DNA of 40,738 nucleotides, from the IMG/VR virus record IMGVR_UViG_3300012080_000003, positions 1-40,738 of that record; one strand, written 5' to 3'. The notes beneath the pieces are model-generated. The model searched no databases. It saw only the letters and a program-made list of their open reading frames with translations, and had not been told where the DNA came from. The translations under genes were made by a program, and so were the position numbers. The first letter of the stretch is position 1. Every line of letters starts with the position of its first letter. The stretch comes from a virus. Shown here in pieces: positions 1 through 5,383 of this stretch.

Positions 1-43
1 ACTGAAAATCGAAAGGTCACCGGATCGATGCCGGTCGGAGCCA
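1..43 (+). tRNA. 3' portion of a tRNA-Phe(GAA) gene (anticodon loop to discriminator); the 5' half lies left of the window
   Basis: 2-8 CTGAAAA is the canonical Phe anticodon loop (GAA at 4-6). 9-13 tcgaa is the anticodon-stem 3' strand and 14-18 AGGTC the variable loop. 19-35 is the T-arm accgg/atcgatg/ccggt, 36-42 cggagcc the acceptor strand, and a43 the discriminator. No CCA is encoded, and the T-loop starts with A rather than T. Confidence 0.7.
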
Positions 44-45
44 CA
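1..45. repeat. attL core: left copy of the 45-bp direct repeat
   Basis: actgaaaatcgaaaggtcaccggatcgatgccggtcggagccaca is identical to 40694-40738. Confidence 0.9.
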
Positions 46-52
46 AGACTAC

Positions 53-81
53 TCCCCTACTCTCGTCTACGAGGTAGGGGA
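53..81 (+). terminator. Stem-loop plus T-tract directly after the tRNA 3' end (phage-supplied tRNA terminator)
   Basis: tcccctac(53-60) pairs with gtagggga(74-81), and inner ctcg(62-65) pairs with cgag(70-73), leaving tetraloop tcta. The stem is followed by tttgtcatt. Confidence 0.55.
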
Positions 82-107
82 TTTGTCATTCCGCCCCGGA
101 AACACGC

Positions 108-130
108 GGTGTACCCGAAGGTGTATCCGA
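108..130 (+). promoter_or_regulatory. Two direct copies of an 11-mer, candidate integrase arm-type sites (left arm)
   Basis: GGTGTACCCGA (108-118) and GGTGTATCCGA (120-130). The same 11-mer occurs twice near attR (40578-40601). Confidence 0.5.
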
Positions 131-288
131 CGCCTCCGAGTTGAAGAACTGCGCCGGCGAGCACCCCAAAAGGAGGGCGACCGCCACGACCTCCATGAAG
201 CGAGGTTCCCCGTCATCCCGGGCCAGTTGACCGATGTCGACGCCTGCCTGCCATTCGCGAGTGTCTTGAGCGGCCTAACATGCAGGAA

Positions 289-325
289 GCCCCGTCCCTG
301 CTGTTACGGTCAGCAGGGACGGGGC
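289..325. terminator. Perfect 15-bp stem / 7-nt loop hairpin downstream of the peptidase gene
   Basis: gccccgtccctgctg(289-303), loop ttacggt, cagcagggacggggc(311-325). It lies 19 nt past the stop of the minus-strand gene ending at 344. Confidence 0.65.
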
Positions 326-343
326 CGGGGTGGCGCCTGGAGC

Positions 344-1021
344 TTACGGCCGGATGGCAGTGAGGTAGCCCTGAACGATGCTGATCTCAGCGGCCAGCAT
401 GTTGTCGTTCGAGTTGTTCTTCTTGTACCGCTGCAGCAGACCCACGTGGTATGGGGAACCGACTCGTGCATTGATCCCCGTGACCAGCGAGCAGACGTAA
501 ATGTTGCCGTCGCTGCTGGGAACGATGCTGTAGGACATGTCTTCTTCCTCTTCTGCCGGCGGCGTCGGCGGGTTGTAGGTGCCGCTGTAGTCGTAATGGA
601 TGTAGTCGTACTGACCGAATGCCCCTCCGAGCGGGGTGAAGCCGAAGGCCGGCCCGTTCGCGTGGATCCAGTTGTACTGAGCGAGCGTCAGCGTGTCGCC
701 CATGTCGACAGCCTTGGCCCAACCGTGATTCGATTGGCCCGGTGTCGCGTTGCGCGAGTCCTGCTTCTTCCAATAGACCTGCCCGTCGTACGTGCGGTAG
801 CCCTCGTTGACCGGCAGATAATCGCCCGTCTGGTCGTGATAAAGCTTCAGCATGGCTAGCAGCGCTACGGCGCAGCTGGGCTCCAGGTAGACGCCGTCGA
901 GCGCTCCATCTGCAGGGTTCGTCGACCACACCCAGTAGTTCACGCCCTGGTACTGGATGCGCGTCAGCACCTCAGTGGGGATCCTGCCGTTGGAGTAACC
1001 ACCCCAGGGTCCGTTGACCAT
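344..1021 (-). CDS. LAS-type zinc peptidase (M15 / VanY-like D-Ala-D-Ala carboxypeptidase fold) with a Pro/Glu linker and ~64-aa C-terminal domain; lysin-like but outside the lysis cassette
   Basis: Motifs GYRTYDGQ, SNHGWAKAVD (H-x6-D) and IHYDY. AGGAGG lies 6 nt upstream of ATG 1021. The track ORF 344..1096 was trimmed to this start. Confidence 0.8.
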   Translation of the reverse strand: MVNGPWGGYSNGRIPTEVLTRIQYQGVNYWVWSTNPADGALDGVYLEPSCAVALLAMLKLYHDQTGDYLPVNEGYRTYDGQVYWKKQDSRNATPGQSNHGWAKAVDMGDTLTLAQYNWIHANGPAFGFTPLGGAFGQYDYIHYDYSGTYNPPTPPAEEEEDMSYSIVPSSDGNIYVCSLVTGINARVGSPYHVGLLQRYKKNNSNDNMLAAEISIVQGYLTAIRP

Positions 1022-1066
1022 CCGCACCTCCTTTCGTTGCAACTGCACCCGGCTCTCGGGCACAAT

Positions 1067-1117
1067 TCGAACATATCTACGAATGTGAATCGACACGCTA
1101 ATAGAACAAAGGTTCTA
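1067..1117. promoter_or_regulatory. Two LexA(SOS)-box-like palindromes in an AT-rich divergent intergenic region
   Basis: TAGAAC-AAAG-GTTCTA (1102-1117) has a perfect GAAC-N4-GTTC core. TCGAAC-ATAT-CTACGA (1067-1082) has a perfect left half and 4/6 in the right half. The centres are 35 bp apart. On the minus strand a TATGTT -10-like hexamer lies inside the weaker box. Confidence 0.5.
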
Positions 1118-1152
1118 GCGAAGAGGTCCGAAATCCGCGAGCGGAGGTGCAT

Positions 1153-1518
1153 ATGACAGCCGACTGGTCCCCTTCTTCGTATGCGCGCCCGACTGAGTGG
1201 TTGTTGCGGGTGTCGGAGTCTCAGGTGCCGTACGCGGTCGTGAGGCGGTTCCTGAAGGGTGACCCGAACCGGCCAGAGGAATGGTTCCGGGTCGTCACTT
1301 TTGCGCCCACGAGCGAGGCCCGGGAGCTGATCGGATGGGTGCGGTCATTCGACAAGGCGTGTCAGTTGGGGTGGGATTACCGGATCGCGTTCGAGGAGTG
1401 GCGGCATCACATGGCTGCGCGAAGGGCGGACAACAGTGTGATGGCTGCAGCGAAACCACCCGCCGGCGAGCTCGTGAAGTTCTGGCGGGAACACCGTCAG
1501 GGCTCATCATCAGGATGA
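1153..1518 (+). CDS. Hypothetical protein (121 aa), divergent from the orphan peptidase
   Basis: GGAGG lies 5 nt upstream of ATG 1153. Third-codon positions are G/C-rich. No motif recognised. Confidence 0.6.
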   Translation: MTADWSPSSYARPTEWLLRVSESQVPYAVVRRFLKGDPNRPEEWFRVVTFAPTSEARELIGWVRSFDKACQLGWDYRIAFEEWRHHMAARRADNSVMAAAKPPAGELVKFWREHRQGSSSG

Positions 1519-1539
1519 TCACCATGATGATCCACCCCG

Positions 1540-1567
1540 ATGCAAGTGAATCGCGTTTCGCTTGCAT
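1540..1567. terminator. Hairpin between convergent genes
   Basis: atgcaagtgaa(1540-1550) pairs with tttcgcttgcat(1556-1567), including one G-T pair. There is no clear U-tract. Confidence 0.4.
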
Positions 1568-1610
1568 GTTCGGGGTGACGGTCCAAGTCCGCTTTACCCG
1601 ATTGGCCAAG

Positions 1611-1778
1611 CTACGGACGTTCGAGTGGTTCGGTCCATCCGATGTGGACCCATTCGTCCGTCAGTTTTGGTGCGTAGGGGTTCGTGCCAGCTGGTGCGAT
1701 ATAGATCTGGGCTGCAAGTTTTCCGGTGTCGGTGATCGCCTGTTCCGGGTCGATCGGGTCGGGGATGAACTCAGCCAC
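1611..1778 (-). CDS. Hypothetical protein (55 aa) translationally coupled to the RHH gene
   Basis: GTG 1778 overlaps the upstream stop by 8 nt (GTGGCTGA). GC3 is moderate. The track ORF 1611..1820 was trimmed. Confidence 0.45.
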   Translation of the reverse strand: MAEFIPDPIDPEQAITDTGKLAAQIYIAPAGTNPYAPKLTDEWVHIGWTEPLERP

Positions 1779-2088
1779 GCGGCTTGGCCTTGATGTAGCG
1801 GCGGAGTGCTTCGACAACAACGTCGGTGAGTGTTTTGCCCTCAGCCTTAGCCTTCGCGGTGGCCGCTTCCTTCACGTCCTCGGGGATGCGGAAGTTGCTT
1901 ACCGGTGTTTTGGGCTTGTTGGGCACGGTACCCACAGTATCGGGTGTCTTTACCGGCTCGTAGGTGATGCGCGCCATGATCTCGGCCGCCTGTTCTCGAG
2001 CGAGCCGGTGCGCCTCGTCCATGTGTTTCTTCAAATGGATGGTGTTGAAGTGTGTCTCGTAGCCGGGTCGGCCGTCACTAATGTCCAT
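1771..2088 (-). CDS. Ribbon-helix-helix (CopG/Arc/MetJ-like) DNA-binding protein, RHH at the C-terminus
   Basis: The C-terminal FRIPEDVKEAATAKAKAEGKTLTDVVVEALRRYI fits a beta-strand, helix, helix pattern. AAGGA RBS precedes ATG 2088. Confidence 0.65.
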   Translation of the reverse strand: MDISDGRPGYETHFNTIHLKKHMDEAHRLAREQAAEIMARITYEPVKTPDTVGTVPNKPKTPVSNFRIPEDVKEAATAKAKAEGKTLTDVVVEALRRYIKAKPRG

Positions 2089-2124
2089 CGCGTTCCTTTC
2101 GAGTTCTTTTCAAGTAGGCGCCCT

Positions 2125-2173
2125 GGTGTCTTTACACCATCGTACGTTCTCGCTATGCTGGTGTAAAGACACC
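2125..2173. promoter_or_regulatory. Twin palindromic operators flanking back-to-back divergent -10 boxes
   Basis: GGTGTCTTTACACC (2125-2138) and GGTGTAAAGACACC (2160-2173) are exact reverse complements, and each is GGTGT-N4-ACACC. TACGAT (minus strand, 2139-2144) and TATGCT (plus strand, 2154-2159) abut them. Confidence 0.6.
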
Positions 2174-2227
2174 GATTCGACATGTCGGGGGTTCTCGGCA
2201 TGATCCGACCGTCAAGGCAGGAGAACA

Positions 2228-2530
2228 GTGGTGATTGATATCGAACGGCTGGATGCGCGTCTTCATCACAACCACGTCACGCGAACCCTGAAGCCCGTGG
2301 GTGAATGCCCGGCGTGTGACGCGACACGACGAAAGATACCGAGCGAGAAGCGGAACCCTGCCGACAGCCCAGAGGTATCCCAAAGCATGCAGGACCGGCC
2401 GTGCCGGTCGTCGTGCAAGAAGTGCGGTGAACCAACCATCCACCTCAACATGTTCGGCGGATGGTTGCACACCAACGCTGAGATCGATCTAACGGACCAC
2501 CTCGCCGATCCGCAAATCGGCGAATTCTGA
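2228..2530 (+). CDS. Small Cys-rich protein (100 aa), putative zinc ribbon
   Basis: CPAC...C-x3-C-x2-C pattern. AGGAGA lies upstream of GTG 2228. Confidence 0.6.
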   Translation: MVIDIERLDARLHHNHVTRTLKPVGECPACDATRRKIPSEKRNPADSPEVSQSMQDRPCRSSCKKCGEPTIHLNMFGGWLHTNAEIDLTDHLADPQIGEF

Positions 2531-2545
2531 GACAAGGAGCGAATC

Positions 2546-2881
2546 ATGACCCACACGGTGACCGTGATCGAGCACGCCGACGGCCCCAAGGTCGTGTTCG
2601 AATGCAGCGCGGGGGCGGATGCGAAGTGCCGCACCTACCGCGATGGTGAGGACTCCTGGGACGGTCCCGAGGTTCATCACGAGCGTTGCTGGATCGCGAC
2701 GTGGTTCGACGTGACGGAGTACTGCTCGTACACCGGCGACGATGCGGAGGAGGATGCCGACGGCTACTCCATTCCACCGAACGCGGCACGCACGGGCGAG
2801 ATCTCCACGCTCTGGTGCGAGGACTACATCGAATGGCACTTCCTCGAATCGGCGGACCCTGAGACGGGAGAGCAGCGATGA
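2546..2881 (+). CDS. Hypothetical acidic Cys-containing protein (111 aa)
   Basis: AAGGAG RBS lies 6 nt before ATG 2546. GC3 is high. Confidence 0.65.
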   Translation: MTHTVTVIEHADGPKVVFECSAGADAKCRTYRDGEDSWDGPEVHHERCWIATWFDVTEYCSYTGDDAEEDADGYSIPPNAARTGEISTLWCEDYIEWHFLESADPETGEQR

Positions 2882-3117
2882 AGCGCCGTGGTAGCACTGT
2901 CATCTTCGACTCAGATGACATCGCTGCGTTCTTGGGCATTCCGAGCACCGCCACGAAGTGTGTCGGGTGCAATCACGAGCGGCACTGGCATCGCCGAGTA
3001 ATCATCGTGCCGGGCCCACCGCCTGCGCATCGTGAGGAGAGCCACGAGTGTGAGCGATGGGATCGCCGCCGCAAGTCGGGCGTCTGCGCGTGCGAAGCGT
3101 TCGTCGAACCCAAATAA
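2878..3117 (+). CDS. Small Cys/His-rich protein (79 aa), putative zinc-binding
   Basis: ATGA stop/start overlap with the upstream gene. Pattern CVGCNHERHWH...HEC...CAC. Confidence 0.65.
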   Translation: MKRRGSTVIFDSDDIAAFLGIPSTATKCVGCNHERHWHRRVIIVPGPPPAHREESHECERWDRRRKSGVCACEAFVEPK

Positions 3118-3131
3118 GCGCAGGTGCCCTG

Positions 3132-3308
3132 ATGACCCAAAATGACGAACCAACCGACCTCATCAACATCAACATCATGGACGCCAACCTCGGCGTGATC
3201 ACCGTTACCCTCCCTGACAACCCGGACGGGACCTACGCGGACGGTGCAGCCGCTGGCGTCGTCGCCTACCTGCGGGCACGAGACGGACAACCACCGCGGG
3301 ACTACTAG
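3132..3308 (+). CDS. Hypothetical protein (58 aa)
   Basis: AGGTG lies 5 nt before ATG 3132. It is the last gene of the plus-strand cassette. The track ORF 3057..3308 was trimmed. Confidence 0.5.
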   Translation: MTQNDEPTDLININIMDANLGVITVTLPDNPDGTYADGAAAGVVAYLRARDGQPPRDY

Positions 3309-3336
3309 ATAGGCCTAAAGCGCCCTAAACCCAGAA

Positions 3337-3376
3337 AGCACCCCCAGCACAGGCCGAAACCTGAACTGGGGGTGCT
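3337..3376. terminator. Bidirectional hairpin between the plus-strand cassette and the end of the late operon
   Basis: agcacccccag(3337-3347) pairs with ctgggggtgct(3366-3376) around an 18-nt loop. Confidence 0.5.
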
Positions 3377-3431
3377 GGGTGATCGAACCCGAACCACACG
3401 GTACGGGAACGATCGAGGGTGGGCCAGAGCG

Positions 3432-3701
3432 TTAGGACGTGAGGCGGATCCACCCACCACCGCGAACCACAACCTCGGGACTGTCGGTGACCCGGACTTT
3501 CACATCCGTGTCCTCGGAGACGACGACGGCGCCAGTCGGGTCAGCGTCCGGGCCAGCGACCAAGAGACGACCGACCGGTCCGTCCATGGTGAGGGCACGC
3601 CACTGACCACCGATCTGAACTTCCACGGCGCCGTGATCATCCGGGAGACCAGTGAACGTCCACCGGAAGTACTCTTTCCCGTCCCTGGGGAGATAGGTCA
3701 T
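3432..3701 (-). CDS. Hypothetical protein (89 aa), last gene of the late operon
   Basis: ATGA overlap with the stop of the 407-aa gene (3698-3701). Only the C-terminal part of track ORF 3432..4331 is used. Confidence 0.6.
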   Translation of the reverse strand: MTYLPRDGKEYFRWTFTGLPDDHGAVEVQIGGQWRALTMDGPVGRLLVAGPDADPTGAVVVSEDTDVKVRVTDSPEVVVRGGGWIRLTS

Positions 3702-4921
3702 CGGGTGCCTCCTGACACGCGCAGCGGATTCGGTAGCGGGGACGCATCCTTGAACTGGTGCCGGGTCGGCCCCGAAACGTAGACGGTGATGTCGCGTGCC
3801 GGGGTGGACACGATGGCTGGTGGCACGCCGAGACGCAGGACACCACCTGTTGGCGCTTGGACCGTCGCTCCTGCGAGAACGGATACGCTGCCCGCCGCCC
3901 ACACTCTGGACGCCACAGGGGCGGCAAGGGTGACGCCTGCGAGGAGGTTCGGCGCCACCGCGGCCCTCGTGATGGCTGCAACGGGTGGCGTTAGGGTCGC
4001 CTGCGATCCCGCCGACACGGTAGGCGGAACACCCCAGTTGGTGACCGCACCACTCGGCGCCGAGAGAAGCACTCCTGCACCGAGGGACGGGTTCACACCG
4101 GCCCGGTTGAGAGTGGCTGTGGGTGCGACCACAGACACGCCCGCCATCACACCTGTGCCGACGCCGCCACGGGTTGCCGTACCAACAGGCACCGCCAGAA
4201 CAACTCCCGCGCTCACGGTCGCGCCTGACGTTCCCCGAATGGTCGTCCCGGTTGGGGCGGTCACCGTGACGCTCCCCCCGGCCGGCGCGTACGGGGTGGT
4301 GGACCCGTCGTTGACCTGCACGTAGTCCCACGCCACAGAGCGACCTACAGGCATCGTTGAGACAACACCCACATCCATGGCAGACATGGCTGTTGTGCCG
4401 AGGTTGTAGCTCGACGACGTCCCAGACCCGATAAGCGCACCGGTCGAGTCGTACACCTGCAGTGCGATCTGCCCGGTTGTCGTCGTAGCGATCGTCAGCT
4501 GGTAGGCGAGGTAGTACCGTGCACCGGGTGTGAGGCCGGTGGCAATGGTGATTGGGTTCGCCGTCGCACCGGAGAAGTCACCTGTGGTGAGGGCGTTGTT
4601 CGTCCCCCAGTTGACCCGGAACACTGGCCCGCCAGAGTAGCGGGGTGCGTGGATCGTGAGGTTCGCGGTCGGGGTTGTGGGGGTGGTGAACCATCCACCG
4701 AACGACTGCACCAGAGATGCGTTCACGTTGAAGCGGGCGATGGTCACCGTATTCGCGGTGGTGACCGTCATCAGGATGTTGCGGGTCCCGTTCCCGATGC
4801 AGGTGTTGTCGATCTTGACTGTGCCGCCCGAAGTTGTGACCGAGCTTGCCCCGATGGTCGACGCGGTGGTGACCTGGGTGCCGGCCGTTGCGGTTTCGAA
4901 GTCGAACGTCTGCTCCGTCAC
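3698..4921 (-). CDS. Repeat-containing protein (407 aa): beta-rich N-terminal domain plus about seven tandem 22-aa Ala/Gly/Val/Pro repeats; possible glycan-binding or fibre-like protein
   Basis: Repeats of the form AGVxLxAPxGxxxxxGVxPxxx span residues ~215-370. GTG start at 4921. Confidence 0.7.
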   Translation of the reverse strand: MTEQTFDFETATAGTQVTTASTIGASSVTTSGGTVKIDNTCIGNGTRNILMTVTTANTVTIARFNVNASLVQSFGGWFTTPTTPTANLTIHAPRYSGGPVFRVNWGTNNALTTGDFSGATANPITIATGLTPGARYYLAYQLTIATTTTGQIALQVYDSTGALIGSGTSSSYNLGTTAMSAMDVGVVSTMPVGRSVAWDYVQVNDGSTTPYAPAGGSVTVTAPTGTTIRGTSGATVSAGVVLAVPVGTATRGGVGTGVMAGVSVVAPTATLNRAGVNPSLGAGVLLSAPSGAVTNWGVPPTVSAGSQATLTPPVAAITRAAVAPNLLAGVTLAAPVASRVWAAGSVSVLAGATVQAPTGGVLRLGVPPAIVSTPARDITVYVSGPTRHQFKDASPLPNPLRVSGGTR

Positions 4922-4938
4922 GGCCGGCCCCTCAGTTG

Positions 4939-5370
4939 TTACGCAGCGGTCTCGGTGAAGAGAACCCCACCGGTCGGGTTGATCTGGAACGTTGAAGCGG
5001 TCACCGTCGTGTCAGCACCGAAGTCGATCACAGCCACCAAAGGGCGGGTGGCGTCCGTCGCCGGGGTGGCGTCGTAGACGACCGCGTACCGGGCGGTGAA
5101 CGACGCGGAAGACCAGGCGATGTTCGAGCACCCGAACGACCACACGTTGCCAGACCCGGACCATGTGACACCGGTGAGAGTGACCCCGCCGGCCGTGTAA
5201 CCGGTTCCGGTGATCTCCCCGGTCACGTCGGACTTGTACTTGTGGGTCGCCTGGTTCGGTGTGTACGAGCTCGAGCACAGCATGACCTTGAACGTGTCCG
5301 AACCGAACGCGACCTCCTTGTTCCCCACCGTGGCGGCAAGGGACGCATAGACCTTCGTCGTGACTGCCAT
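4939..5370 (-). CDS. Conserved-looking phage protein (143 aa), beta-rich, function unknown
   Basis: GGGGGAAG RBS precedes ATG 5370. Sequence contains ...SDVTGEITGTGYTAGGVTL.... Confidence 0.7.
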   Translation of the reverse strand: MAVTTKVYASLAATVGNKEVAFGSDTFKVMLCSSSYTPNQATHKYKSDVTGEITGTGYTAGGVTLTGVTWSGSGNVWSFGCSNIAWSSASFTARYAVVYDATPATDATRPLVAVIDFGADTTVTASTFQINPTGGVLFTETAA

Positions 5371-5383
5371 GACTTCCCCCTAC

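Noticed and set aside
86-196. 36-aa minus-strand ORF with a lipobox-like MEVVAVALLLGC N-terminus, between attL and the peptidase terminator.
   Set aside because: There is no RBS and no positively charged n-region. It overlaps the putative integrase arm-type sites. The evidence is too thin to call, though it is worth a look in Ribo-seq data.
83-859. 258-aa plus-strand ORF. Many similar long ORFs occur elsewhere, e.g. 10055..10951, 10518..11357, 17667..18914, 19655..20551, 21307..22029, 24767..25564, 28065..28784, 39572..40495.
   Set aside because: They lie antisense to, or out of frame with, genes that have clear motifs. They are Arg/Pro/Gly-rich, as expected for shadow ORFs in high-GC DNA. 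They have no RBS and no coupling to neighbours.
3377-3431. The minus-strand sequence ggttcgggttcgatcacccagcacccccag resembles a tRNA T-arm/acceptor end, possibly a remnant att or tRNA fragment.
   Set aside because: The T-stem cannot pair (only 3 bp), and no anticodon or D-arm can be built. The adjacent inverted repeat is better explained as the terminator hairpin at 3337-3376.
3432-4331. 299-aa track ORF overlapping the 407-aa repeat protein gene.
   Set aside because: It is out of frame with the clearly coding 3698..4921 gene. Only its last 89 codons (3432-3701), which begin at an ATGA overlap, are retained.
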